Source: Chloroflexota bacterium (lineage in GTDB: Bacteria > Chloroflexota > Dehalococcoidia > Lucifugimonadales > GCA-2722455). From it: a stretch of DNA of 64,000 bases. Position numbers and translations under genes: made by a program. The number at the start of each line of letters is the position of its first letter. Position 1 is the first letter of the stretch. The stretch covers positions 43,138 to 107,137 of the forward strand of contig PBMB01000001.1 of the NCBI GenBank assembly GCA_002722455.1, written 5' to 3'. Below are positions 48,047-57,531 of this stretch, one piece after another. The notes under the pieces were generated by a model. It worked only from the letters and a program-made list of their open reading frames with translations, was not told the DNA's origin and ran no database searches.

Positions 48047-48051
48047 TTTTT

Positions 48052-48127
48052 TGGAACTCCTACGAGGACTCGAACCCCGATCTGTGGTTTCGTAGACCAC
48101 TGCTTTATCCCGTTAAGCTATAAGAGC
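48052..48127 (-). tRNA. tRNA-Arg (anticodon ACG), second divergent copy
   Basis: gctctta-ta-gctt-aacgggata-aagc-a-gtggt-ctacgaa-accac-agat-cgggg-ttcgagt-cctcg-taggagt-t-cca. Its body is near-identical to the plus-strand Arg(TCT) gene at 29434-29509 apart from the anticodon. Confidence 0.6.
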
Positions 48128-48137
48128 ATTTTTTATT

Positions 48138-48214
48138 TGGTGATCATTACAAGACTTGAACTTGTAACCTCTTCCTTGTAAGGGAAGTGCTCTCCCAAAT
48201 TGAGCTAAATGACC
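48138..48214 (-). tRNA. tRNA-Val (anticodon TAC)
   Basis: ggtcatt-ta-gctc-aatttggga-gagc-a-cttcc-cttacaa-ggaag-aggt-tacaa-gttcaag-ttgta-aatgatc-a-cca. Closest copy to E. coli tRNA-Val(UAC). Confidence 0.65.
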
Positions 48215-48235
48215 TTGTGTTGTTTCTTGTTAATC

Positions 48236-48264
48236 ATAATAATACACTTTAAATGTATTGTCAA
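48236..48264 (-). promoter_or_regulatory. Sigma70-like promoter for the minus-strand Val/Arg tRNA array
   Basis: On the minus strand: TTGACA, a 17-nt spacer, then TATTAT. The -10 ends about 20 nt upstream of the first tRNA 5' end. Confidence 0.5.
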
Positions 48265-48356
48265 TGCTTTTTTTTAAATAATTTTATTTTTTTTCTTTAT
48301 TTTTCAATGTTTTATATTTGTTTTAGGTGTAGTTTAACCTGCAATAGAAATGCATA

Positions 48357-48395
48357 AAAAAGCCCTCTTGAGATACAACTCTCAAAAGGGCTTGG
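48357..48395 (-). terminator. Rho-independent terminator (minus strand) downstream of gene 48542-49477
   Basis: On the minus strand: aagccctTttgaga-gttgta-tctcaaGagggctt followed by ttttttatgc. Confidence 0.55.
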
Positions 48396-48541
48396 AACTT
48401 TAACTTCCTACGAGAGTTGCATGAGCAACCCTCGCTTGATAGGATTGCTATCTACGATTTACCACTCGAACCACTCGGAAATTAAAATTTAATTTATTCA
48501 TTTTTTTACCTTTTTTCAATTATTTAAACATTATACTATCA

Positions 48542-49477
48542 TTAACTATTTTTTGCAATAGTTTTAATTTCTTTTTTTAATTTTAACAAATAAGAGAAAA
48601 AAACATAAGAAACAATTAATACAGCCATTATTATTTCTATATTTAAAACAATATGCATAAAATTATTATGACCAGAAAGTTGTTCTGCCCAGTTTAAGTA
48701 TAATCTTAGTCCTGTTGCGCTTATCACCAATGGGAATGTTAATGCTGAAAAACCATAATTAAAACCATTTTTTATTATTTTAATTAGAAACAAATAAACA
48801 CTAAATGTCATTAATAATGCTATTCCAAACAGTAAGTTTGTAATAAAGAAATTTGGATTTTCAATTAAAGATAGATACCCTGTCAATGTTAAACTTGCAG
48901 GAGCAGCCATTATCCCTGTATTGGCTAAAAGATCTTTATTGATTTCAGGATAAAAGAAAAACCTTTTTAACATTATTGGAAGCATTACTAAATAAGATAT
49001 AAAGCCAAACCATAAAAGCCCCTCTGCTAAAATATGAAAGTCATTGCTTGGTAATGTGGTTACACCAACAATTATGCCTATCGGTGGAACAAACCAGCTT
49101 GGTATTATATGTTCTATATCAAAATGATTTAATCTGCCTTTTATAAAGAAAAATAAAAATATTAAATGTAAACAAATTGAAAATAGCCATAAATAAGTTC
49201 CAAATAAAAATCCATTTTTTGTTATTGCATAAGATATGACCATTAATGACATTGCGAATGTTGGTATAACACTACCTATTGTTGGGTGATGGAGATCTTC
49301 GACTAATAAATTTGAATGAATTACATATTTTACTATAACTGGCACTAATAGAAAAAATGCAACTATTGCTCCTATTGTTTGAAGCTTTGTATTTAATTGA
49401 AAAACATTATCAAGCAACCATAGTAAACTACCTACCGATAGAGAAAGACCTGTTATTGGTGTTGGAAATTCCTTCAT
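48542..49477 (-). CDS. TehA/TDT-family (tellurite-resistance / C4-dicarboxylate transporter-like) membrane protein
   Basis: About 10 TM helices in 311 aa. The N-terminal PxxGxxLxxGxL pattern (FPTPITGLSLSVGSLLW) resembles the TehA family. Confidence 0.45.
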   Translation of the reverse strand: MKEFPTPITGLSLSVGSLLWLLDNVFQLNTKLQTIGAIVAFFLLVPVIVKYVIHSNLLVEDLHHPTIGSVIPTFAMSLMVISYAITKNGFLFGTYLWLFSICLHLIFLFFFIKGRLNHFDIEHIIPSWFVPPIGIIVGVTTLPSNDFHILAEGLLWFGFISYLVMLPIMLKRFFFYPEINKDLLANTGIMAAPASLTLTGYLSLIENPNFFITNLLFGIALLMTFSVYLFLIKIIKNGFNYGFSALTFPLVISATGLRLYLNWAEQLSGHNNFMHIVLNIEIIMAVLIVSYVFFSYLLKLKKEIKTIAKNS

Positions 49478-49574
49478 TGTTTACTCCTCGATTTTTTTAT
49501 TTTCATCTTATTTTAATTATTTTGTTTTGTAAATCTAATAATTTTAAACAAGGTTTTAAATAAAACTTAACAAG

Positions 49575-49838
49575 TTAATATTTGATTCCAAAATAAATCA
49601 TCGAAAGTAAAATAAATAATAATATAAACACCCTTATAATTCTGAGTTCTTTTTTATTTAGTTTTTTATGTTCTATAATTCTTTTCGTTTTTCTTTTATT
49701 TTTAAGGTAAATGGCAAGCAACGCTCTTTTCCTGTCTGCTATATTTGCCTGTTTTGCATAACGTCTTCTTTGTTCTGCCGTCATTTCTATTTCTTTTATT
49801 TTTCTATGTTGTGGTTGATATCTTCCTCCAACTGCCAT
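49575..49838 (-). CDS. Hypothetical small basic protein with a C-terminal TM helix (87 aa)
   Basis: ORF with a good RBS (GGAGG). No known motif. Confidence 0.4.
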   Translation of the reverse strand: MAVGGRYQPQHRKIKEIEMTAEQRRRYAKQANIADRKRALLAIYLKNKRKTKRIIEHKKLNKKELRIIRVFILLFILLSMIYFGIKY

Positions 49839-50037
49839 ACTTCCTCCTTTTTATACTGTTATATACAAGACACGTTTATCTTTAAAAAACATTCTTTTTT
49901 TGAATAAAAAAAACTTAATTGTAAAAAATAACTAAGCTTACTTGACTTTTGCTATTAAGTGTATTATTATAGATTACAAGAAAGAAAATGGAATGATCAA
50001 AAACTAACATTCCTAAAAATTTAACAATACTGAGGAA

Positions 50038-50898
50038 ATGATTATGCTTACAAATGAACAAGAAAAACTTAAAAAAGAAATTTTAGAAATCGCTGGTGTT
50101 ACTCCAATGTCTAGGTTTGACGTTAAGAAAGCTATTCGAGATCGAATTGACTACTTAAAGAATTATGTTCGCAAATCAGGAATGAAAGGTATTGTTTTAG
50201 GAATTTCTGGTGGTGTTGATTCTACTACTGCTGGTTCTTTATCTCAAATCGCAATGAAAGAATTAAGAGAAGAAGGTTATGAGGCTCAGTTTATCGCTGT
50301 TAGACTACCATATAAAGTTCAACTTGATGAAGAAGACGCACAAGAAGCTGTTAAATTTATTAATGCCGATCAAATTGTTGATGTGAATATTGGTAATGGC
50401 ACAGATGGTATCTTTAACTCAGTATTATCAGCTTTATATAGCTCAACTATGAATGAAGAAAAAGAATTAGCGACTAATGATTTTGTTAAAGGTAATGTAA
50501 AAGCAAGAATGAGAATGATTGCACAGTATGCAATTGCGGGTAAATTTGGGTGTCTTGTTTTAGGAACAGATCATAATGCAGAATTTACTGCGGGTTTTTA
50601 CACTAAACATGGGGATGGAGCTTGTGATTTAACTGTTCTTAATGGTTTAAACAAACGTCAGGTTCGTGCTTGTGCAAAAGAATTGGGTGCGCCTGAATGG
50701 TTATGGTCAAAAGTTGCTACTGCTGATTTAGAAGAAGATAATCCACAAGTATCTGACGAAATTGCACTAGGATTTAAGTATGATGATATGGACGATTTCC
50801 TAGAAGGCAAAGAAATTGAAATCGAGGCAGAAAAGCGTATTATTCAACAATATAAAATTACAATTCACAAACGTGAAATGCCTGTAGGTTTTGAATAA
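50038..50898 (+). CDS. nadE: NH3-dependent NAD+ synthetase
   Basis: PP-loop GISGGVDSTT. The rest is colinear with E. coli NadE. ATG 50044 may be the true start, given a GAGG 9 nt upstream. Confidence 0.85.
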   Translation: MIMLTNEQEKLKKEILEIAGVTPMSRFDVKKAIRDRIDYLKNYVRKSGMKGIVLGISGGVDSTTAGSLSQIAMKELREEGYEAQFIAVRLPYKVQLDEEDAQEAVKFINADQIVDVNIGNGTDGIFNSVLSALYSSTMNEEKELATNDFVKGNVKARMRMIAQYAIAGKFGCLVLGTDHNAEFTAGFYTKHGDGACDLTVLNGLNKRQVRACAKELGAPEWLWSKVATADLEEDNPQVSDEIALGFKYDDMDDFLEGKEIEIEAEKRIIQQYKITIHKREMPVGFE

Positions 50899-50939
50899 TA
50901 AATAAAAAGGAAGAGCGATCTTCCTTTTTATTTATTTAA

Positions 50940-50965
50940 AAGTAACAAAAGCCACATAGTTGTGG
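50940..50965 (+). terminator. Rho-independent terminator of nadE
   Basis: aaaagccaca-tagtt-gtggctttcg. Confidence 0.6.
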
Positions 50966-51095
50966 CTTTCGACAGCAACTTAACTTTTGCTGTTCCAGAA
51001 CGTCCTTACCGCACACTGGCTTGACCATAAATGGTGACGGGACATCATGCAAGCATGTCTGTTGTGTCCTACTTGTCCTATATTATATCTTAGTT

Positions 51096-51887
51096 TTATT
51101 TTTTATTCAATCTTTTTATTTTAAAAGTTGATTTTTTTTCTGTCTTTGTAATTAGATCTTCAATTTTAACCATTGATAAAGTTTTATTTTCAAGAACTTT
51201 TGAATTATTTAAATTTATAATATTTGAAGTGTGATTTTTTACAATTTTTTCAAATTTTTCTATTTCAAATAACTGTGTTGCTATTATAACTTTAATGTTG
51301 TTTTTTGAGCAATAATCTAAAATTTCATTAAAAAAACTATTTTCTAGATTATTAATATCTAAAATTCTATTTATTTCATCTATTGCTAATGTTTTGGTTT
51401 TTCCTTTTTTTAATTCATTTAATATGTTAATCATATGAAAATCGTTTATAGTTTTATATATCATCTCTTTGTAATTTCCTTTGAAATCATATTTTTTTAT
51501 TAATTCCAATTCATTATAGGGTTGAAATCTATCACTTCCTTCAATGTTTGCTATTAAACATTCTTTTGGTTTTTCATTCTGTAATAAATCTACTATGAAA
51601 AAAGATTTTCCACAACCAGGTTTTGCGTGAATAATAGTTAGAGGCTTTTCTTCGTATATTGTTAATTTTTCTTTTTTATCTTCCATTGTGTTAAAAGATA
51701 AAACTTCAATTACATTGCCATTTTTAAATAGATAATTTTGCATTGAATCCCAAGATTCAAAGTCTGTTTTTTCTTTTGTTATGATATTTCTAGCTTCTGA
51801 CAAAGATATGTTTTTTGCTTTTTTTAATTTTTTTGCATCTTTTTTGATTTGTTGGATTGATAATCCATTTGGTGTGTATTTTGACAT
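51096..51887 (-). CDS. RecA-superfamily P-loop ATPase (RepA/DnaB-C-terminal/KaiC-like; AAA_25-type?)
   Basis: Walker A HAKPGCGKSFFIVDLL and Walker B TLAIDEINRIL. 263 aa. Domain-level call only. Confidence 0.4.
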   Translation of the reverse strand: MSKYTPNGLSIQQIKKDAKKLKKAKNISLSEARNIITKEKTDFESWDSMQNYLFKNGNVIEVLSFNTMEDKKEKLTIYEEKPLTIIHAKPGCGKSFFIVDLLQNEKPKECLIANIEGSDRFQPYNELELIKKYDFKGNYKEMIYKTINDFHMINILNELKKGKTKTLAIDEINRILDINNLENSFFNEILDYCSKNNIKVIIATQLFEIEKFEKIVKNHTSNIINLNNSKVLENKTLSMVKIEDLITKTEKKSTFKIKRLNKK

Positions 51888-52122
51888 AATAATTTCCTCA
51901 ATTATAAAATTATACTAGTCTGCGAAATATAACTTTGAGTAAATTACATTTATTTAAATCATTTATGCTTTATTCTTATCCGAATTTTGTCTTAAGCAGA
52001 CTAACAGGTTTAAGCAAAACCTTTATCAATAATACTATCATTTCATTTTTCAGTCAATCTTTTTATTGTTTTTTTTGAAAAAAAGTATATTACTAAAGTA
52101 GTGATAAATAAAAAGGAAAATT

Positions 52123-53226
52123 ATGAAAAAAAATATTATTTCTATTTCAATTCTTTTATCTTCTATTGCATTTGCGAATAATTATAATGTTATTATTGTC
52201 AAAGACGGTTCTTATGCAGTAGAACAAAAAGGTGTTGAATATTCTGAATGGATTTTTATTGACTCTACATGTGAAAACAATTTTGAGACGAATGATTTGT
52301 ATTATGGAGAAATAGCCACTCAGATTTCTACTTGCTCAGATAACTATGAAAGAACAAAAAAGACAACAACTGTTGATAAAGATGGCACAGTTACCATAAA
52401 AGAAGAAACAGAATACAGAGCAGATAAAACTTCTGAATCTACACAAATTATCACTGGGACTCATTTAGAAAATAGTTGTTTGGATATTTTAAATAACAAT
52501 TATTCAAAAGGTAGTGATTATTATTTTGTAGAATCAAATTCAAACCCAGAGGAAGTTTATTGTGATATGGAAACAAATAATGGTGGCTGGACACTGGTTA
52601 CAAGATTAAATACCACTGATGAAAACACTAGAAAATGGGATGATTCTTTTTGGACTACTTCAAATCAAGTTGGAGATCTTAAAAACAATAAAGATTATTC
52701 TTCTCTCTATAAAAACCACGAAGACGCTTTCTCAGAAGTTTTGTTAGAATTTAATTATAATAATGGTGTTCTAAAAACAAGTTTTGTTAGTAATTCTAAT
52801 AGCTTAAATTTTTATGATTCTTTAAATCAACCTATCAGTAAAAATAATACTGATTTTAATAAAGGGTATTATAATACTAGTGAAGCTGATTCTTTTTTTG
52901 GTGATATTTTAACATTTCAATTAGATGGTGCTATTAATGGTGGCTTCCCTGATTACTTTAGAATTTGGTATAATAAAGCATTTAAAGACCAATGTAATCA
53001 AACTGGTGGTATAGGTTCTTTGAGCGATTTTGATAACACAATGCATTGGTATACTGAAGCTGGCTATCCTAGTAGTTATGAAGGTTGTCAGGAAAATATT
53101 TATAGAAGCTATTTGGGAACGAACAAGGGTGGAACACATGCAGTAATAAATCTTCCTGAATATGAAATTGCTATTGGAAATCCTGATTATTATACAACAG
53201 ATATTATTAATATCTATATAAGATAA
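52123..53226 (+). CDS. Secreted protein with a fibrinogen-related-domain (FReD)-like module; paralog of 60782-61843 and 61860-62960
   Basis: Signal peptide. ...TGTHLENSCLDILNNNYSKGSDYYFVESNSNPEEVYCDMETNNGGWTLVTRLN matches the FReD A/B-subdomain signature (C.ei...G....G.Y.i.....f.VyCDMetdGGGWTv). Confidence 0.5.
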   Translation: MKKNIISISILLSSIAFANNYNVIIVKDGSYAVEQKGVEYSEWIFIDSTCENNFETNDLYYGEIATQISTCSDNYERTKKTTTVDKDGTVTIKEETEYRADKTSESTQIITGTHLENSCLDILNNNYSKGSDYYFVESNSNPEEVYCDMETNNGGWTLVTRLNTTDENTRKWDDSFWTTSNQVGDLKNNKDYSSLYKNHEDAFSEVLLEFNYNNGVLKTSFVSNSNSLNFYDSLNQPISKNNTDFNKGYYNTSEADSFFGDILTFQLDGAINGGFPDYFRIWYNKAFKDQCNQTGGIGSLSDFDNTMHWYTEAGYPSSYEGCQENIYRSYLGTNKGGTHAVINLPEYEIAIGNPDYYTTDIINIYIR

Positions 53227-53318
53227 AACAAATTAGATAAAAGATTGATAGCTATTCAATCTTTTTTTTGTCTATATATATGGTAAAATAATAATAAACA
53301 AGATTAAGGTAAGTATTA

Positions 53319-55211
53319 ATGAAAGACATAAGAAGTTTTTTACAACAAGAGTTAAAAAATATTAAAAGTGAATTGAGTTTGGAAAGTTTAGTTTCTATCG
53401 CTTTACATGAAATATCTAAGAATGACTATTTTAAAGAAAATTATAGCCATTTTGATTTGATAGAAAATAATGGTGAATATAGAGTTTTAGCAAATTGTTT
53501 AAATGATATTTCTGGCATTACGAATAATTATCTCGACGCAGAAGTTTTAAACCCTGTTGCTAATTATAAAACAGATACTTCTTTCTATTATGAAGAAAAA
53601 GAAGATGAACCAGAGCTAGAAAATGACAATGATAATGATAATGAAGATGATGATTATTACTATGATTATTATGAAGAAGAAAAGGTTGATATTCACGGTT
53701 ATAAACCATTATTTTCTGAAAGAAAATCTAATAATATAAAAAGATACTTGGAAATATTATCGACTTCTAATAATTTTAATGAAATTAACACAAAAATAAA
53801 AGAAGAAAACCATTATATGTTGTTAGACGTTTTTCAGTCTAGGAAATTTATTCTTGATAGAGTTAATAATGAATCAAGTTCTTTAAAAAAAATAAATAAC
53901 TTATTATCTAACTTTTTAACTTATGATATTAAGGAAGGTCATTTTAAGTTTAAAAATAAAGAAATGTCTTTTGGATCGACATATTCAAGAGATTATTTTA
54001 ATGCTAACTCTTTAGAAGCTTTGTGTGGCACATTTAAAAAAGAATATATTAAACGTATTATTAATAATTCTTCTCTATGGAATTTTTCTGCTTTGTTTGG
54101 AGACGAAGAAGGAAATACTCCAAAAGAAGTTATCGATATATTTAAAGATGACAATGTAGAAAATTGGGAAGCTGTTAGATTTTTTGCTAAAAACAACAAA
54201 GACGTCTATAAAAATAAATTGTTTAATATTGCTTTTGTCACTAATGAACAAATTAATAAAAAAGAATTAGCTTTTGATTATTTCTTTAAAAAAGAAAAAA
54301 ATAAAATACTTAAAGAAATTGAATTTGTTAAAGATATATTTACACCCAAAGAAACTATCATAAGTAAAACAAAAAAAGAAATAGAACCTATATTGAATAA
54401 AGTAAACAAACTTTACTTTAATAAAAATTCAATTGAGAACATTAAAGTCGAAAATTATTATTTAAAAGAAGAAGATAATAACTATAATTATCTTGCTCCA
54501 CAAGTTGAATTATTAAATGACGAAAAAAACAATGCTTTTAATTTTTGTGGTGAAAAATTTATTGATTCACCAGTTAAAGGGTTCTCATATTGTGGGCATG
54601 ATATGTTTAAAAGTGTTGCTAAAAAAGACAATATTCTTGTCGTTTTAAGGAATGAAAATGAGATTGTTGCTTATGGTAGTTTATACCCCTATCAAGATGA
54701 GTTTCTTCAAGTTAATATTGTTAATGTTGCAAAACATATGAGAGGAAAAGGATTGATTCAGCCTATTTATAAAGAGTTCGCTAAATACGCAGAAGAAAAG
54801 AATATGCCTATTGTAACAACACATTATACAGATTTAGGAAGACAAAAGATTCCTGAATTTAAAAGGGAACTTCTTGAAAACAATAAAAACATATTATGGC
54901 TAGATAATTGCTCTAATCCACATCAAACAGAAAAAGAAATTCTTTTATCTGATATTAGTGGAGCTATTGTGAGTAAATTTAAAACAGTTAAAGATCAAAT
55001 TAATCTAAAAGAAGCAAGAGAAGTATATGATAAACTTGTTGACAAAATAGATGACGAAGTCTTTTCAAAAGAAAATGAAATGAATTTTTCTTTAAAATGG
55101 GAAACAAAAGAGAAATTTGTTGAAAACTTTAATAAAAAAATTGACGATTTTATTTTGAATAAAAACAAAAAGGATAATAAAAAACAAAATAGAATGAAAA
55201 GAAAACCATAA
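53319..55211 (+). CDS. Hypothetical protein (630 aa) with an acidic N-region and a C-proximal GNAT-like acetyltransferase fold
   Basis: ILVVLRNENEIVAYGSLYP...VNIVNVAKHMRGKGLIQPIYKEFAKYAEEKNMPIVTT resembles GNAT motifs A/B (R/QxxGxG/A). The rest is unknown. Confidence 0.35.
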   Translation: MKDIRSFLQQELKNIKSELSLESLVSIALHEISKNDYFKENYSHFDLIENNGEYRVLANCLNDISGITNNYLDAEVLNPVANYKTDTSFYYEEKEDEPELENDNDNDNEDDDYYYDYYEEEKVDIHGYKPLFSERKSNNIKRYLEILSTSNNFNEINTKIKEENHYMLLDVFQSRKFILDRVNNESSSLKKINNLLSNFLTYDIKEGHFKFKNKEMSFGSTYSRDYFNANSLEALCGTFKKEYIKRIINNSSLWNFSALFGDEEGNTPKEVIDIFKDDNVENWEAVRFFAKNNKDVYKNKLFNIAFVTNEQINKKELAFDYFFKKEKNKILKEIEFVKDIFTPKETIISKTKKEIEPILNKVNKLYFNKNSIENIKVENYYLKEEDNNYNYLAPQVELLNDEKNNAFNFCGEKFIDSPVKGFSYCGHDMFKSVAKKDNILVVLRNENEIVAYGSLYPYQDEFLQVNIVNVAKHMRGKGLIQPIYKEFAKYAEEKNMPIVTTHYTDLGRQKIPEFKRELLENNKNILWLDNCSNPHQTEKEILLSDISGAIVSKFKTVKDQINLKEAREVYDKLVDKIDDEVFSKENEMNFSLKWETKEKFVENFNKKIDDFILNKNKKDNKKQNRMKRKP

Positions 55212-55212
55212 A

Positions 55213-55237
55213 AAAGAGAGCATTCGGCTCTCTTTTT
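55213..55237. terminator. Bidirectional terminator
   Basis: aaaaaagagagc-attc-ggctctcttttttt. Confidence 0.65.
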
Positions 55238-56926
55238 TTAATAAAAGTATTTCGAATTTATTATTTCAGGTTCCAACAATTCAGGATATTTATCAGGCTG
55301 TTCTGTTTTTAAATTGTTTATTTTCTTAACTATGGTTTCAGCTAAATAATATTCTTCAATTGTAGGTAAGGTCTTAAATTTTGCGTATATTTTATTTAAC
55401 TCATAATTAAAATCTTTTACCTCATAAGAGTCTTCAAATAAATTAGGATTAGTGCTTCTGTTTATTTTAATTAAAAAATCTTTCCCTCTATTTCTTAATT
55501 TGAAAAACAATATGTTTCCTGAAATTAGTAGTGAAAACAAATGACTGTTTTCTATTTCTAGATTTTCTGAATATTTTTCTAATTCTACAATGTTTGATAT
55601 TTGAGAAGTTTTTATTCCCATTTTTTCTTTAAAATCATAAGATACTCTAAATTTAAATTTTTTATCCCAATTATTTGCATTTTCTATATACAGTTCATTA
55701 ACATCATTATCTAGATGCTCCAATATATCTATATCTAAACAAGAAGCTCTAATAGCCTCTTTTAAAGAATTATATTTTTTATCTTCAAGCTTTTGTAAAT
55801 AAAAAGCTATTTTTTTTATGTTTTTTCCTTTTGATATTAATTTTCTTGCAAAAACTTCATTTAGATTAATTATTTCCAACTCTTCTTTAGAACATTCTGT
55901 TATTTTTTCATTTCTGTCTAATAAACTCATTATATAAGTTGAATTGTAAATTTTGCTTAATTTAAAATCTAATTTTTTTATTTCTTGAATATTTTTCAAT
56001 TGGTTTAAAAAGTTTTTGTTCATGTAGTGAAATAAGAAATTATTATGGTGTTGTTTATAATTTAAGCTTTTTGTCAACGCCATAAAACTATCCATTGCAG
56101 GTTTGTTTTTCGCCAATTCTTTTTCTTCAAAAATAATAATATCAGTTGCATTTTCTTCTTTCTGCCCCGTATTCTTATTTTTAAACACCACAGATTTTTC
56201 TACTTTTTTAAATTTTGATTCTATATATTTTTTAATATTATTAGAAAATTGGTTATATCTTTTTTTACTTAATCCTTTGCCTCTAAAATAGAAATCATAT
56301 TTATAATATTGAGATTTCATTAAAACATATTCTGTTTCTTCTTCTTTATTTAACGTTGCGCCTTTTGTAAATTCTTCTTTTTCGAGCAATCTCATTAATG
56401 AGGTTATTGGAGAAGTGTAGTTGGATATTTCGAGTTTTTTATGTCGCAGAAAATTTTTAAAGTTTTGTGTTAGATATAACTCATTTGTTGATAGATCTAA
56501 TCCTATTTGGATAGAGTTTATATCAAAAGTATCAACAACAGACTTTACATATTTAAAATCTTTATTTATTCTTTTTGCATAAATTAAATTGATCATTCCT
56601 TTTTGACCTGTCTGTATTATTTCCAAACCTTTTGTTTGTTCTTTTGAAACAAAACCATAAGATGTCTTATGAACAGTTATTTCTTTTTTTCCATAAGTCC
56701 TCATTGTAAAAGATCTTTCTTGATCAAAAGAATTATATTTTTCTAATTCACATTTGCTTTCATTAAAAATATCTATATCTTTTATTCTTGTATGTATGTC
56801 TATATCATTAACTCTAAAGTAAGCTTCTGCTACAGATTGACCTGCTATTACACCAGAATTATTAAATTCAACACCTGACTTTTCTTCTAAAAATTTTCTT
56901 ATTTTCAACCCTGTTTCTTTTGACAT
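55238..56926 (-). CDS. Hypothetical protein (562 aa), last gene of a three-gene minus-strand operon
   Basis: Long ORF. No motif recognised. Confidence 0.4.
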   Translation of the reverse strand: MSKETGLKIRKFLEEKSGVEFNNSGVIAGQSVAEAYFRVNDIDIHTRIKDIDIFNESKCELEKYNSFDQERSFTMRTYGKKEITVHKTSYGFVSKEQTKGLEIIQTGQKGMINLIYAKRINKDFKYVKSVVDTFDINSIQIGLDLSTNELYLTQNFKNFLRHKKLEISNYTSPITSLMRLLEKEEFTKGATLNKEEETEYVLMKSQYYKYDFYFRGKGLSKKRYNQFSNNIKKYIESKFKKVEKSVVFKNKNTGQKEENATDIIIFEEKELAKNKPAMDSFMALTKSLNYKQHHNNFLFHYMNKNFLNQLKNIQEIKKLDFKLSKIYNSTYIMSLLDRNEKITECSKEELEIINLNEVFARKLISKGKNIKKIAFYLQKLEDKKYNSLKEAIRASCLDIDILEHLDNDVNELYIENANNWDKKFKFRVSYDFKEKMGIKTSQISNIVELEKYSENLEIENSHLFSLLISGNILFFKLRNRGKDFLIKINRSTNPNLFEDSYEVKDFNYELNKIYAKFKTLPTIEEYYLAETIVKKINNLKTEQPDKYPELLEPEIINSKYFY

Positions 56927-56956
56927 TTTATATTATTAACTCCATAATTAATTTTT

Positions 56957-57529
56957 TTATTTTGTTTTAATATTTGTTAATTCTTTTACAAAATCTTCAT
57001 TTGTTGGAAGTAGATTTACATTGTAAATCTTTAAAGCCTTTTCTTTTTGTATCTCAACTTCATCAAGATCATAATTTTCTTTTTCTATCGTTTTAAACGG
57101 GGCTTCTTTAAACACCAACAATGTCATTTCGTCTAAATCTAAAATATAAAACCACTGACACCAAGTATTCCCCATTCCTGCACTTGCTTGGTGAAAAAGA
57201 ATTGGGAATTCATTTTCTTCAACATACTTAATTATTTCTGCACCCATGTCTCTATCTAATTGTGGATAACGTTTTTTAAATCTTTTTGATTCTTCCAATG
57301 TTATGAAGTCACCAGTTTTTATCCCTTCTTTTTTATATAAATCCTTTAAGCTTTCTTCGTCCAATTCTTGTATGTTTTTTATATTATTTTTTAACTTTTT
57401 AAAATCTAAACCTCTTAATATTTTTAAAATGTTTATTCCTTGACCATCAGGATATCCATCCCATTGACAATATTTTGCAACTTTTATTTTGTTTTCTGAT
57501 TTTATTGATATTAAATTCCTAGTACCCAT
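56957..57529 (-). CDS. Hypothetical protein (190 aa), middle gene of the three-gene operon
   Basis: 30-nt gap to the downstream gene and 2-nt gap to the upstream gene. Confidence 0.4.
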   Translation of the reverse strand: MGTRNLISIKSENKIKVAKYCQWDGYPDGQGINILKILRGLDFKKLKNNIKNIQELDEESLKDLYKKEGIKTGDFITLEESKRFKKRYPQLDRDMGAEIIKYVEENEFPILFHQASAGMGNTWCQWFYILDLDEMTLLVFKEAPFKTIEKENYDLDEVEIQKEKALKIYNVNLLPTNEDFVKELTNIKTK

Positions 57530-57531
57530 TT

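Noticed and set aside
50941-51070. SRP (4.5S) RNA, 6S RNA or RNase P RNA assignment for the GC-rich block
   Set aside because: I could not find the conserved SRP domain IV (GGAAGGAAGCAGC-like) or RNase P (AGGGUGAAA / GGUGCGGUAAG in the right context) motifs on either strand. Reported only as an unassigned structured element.
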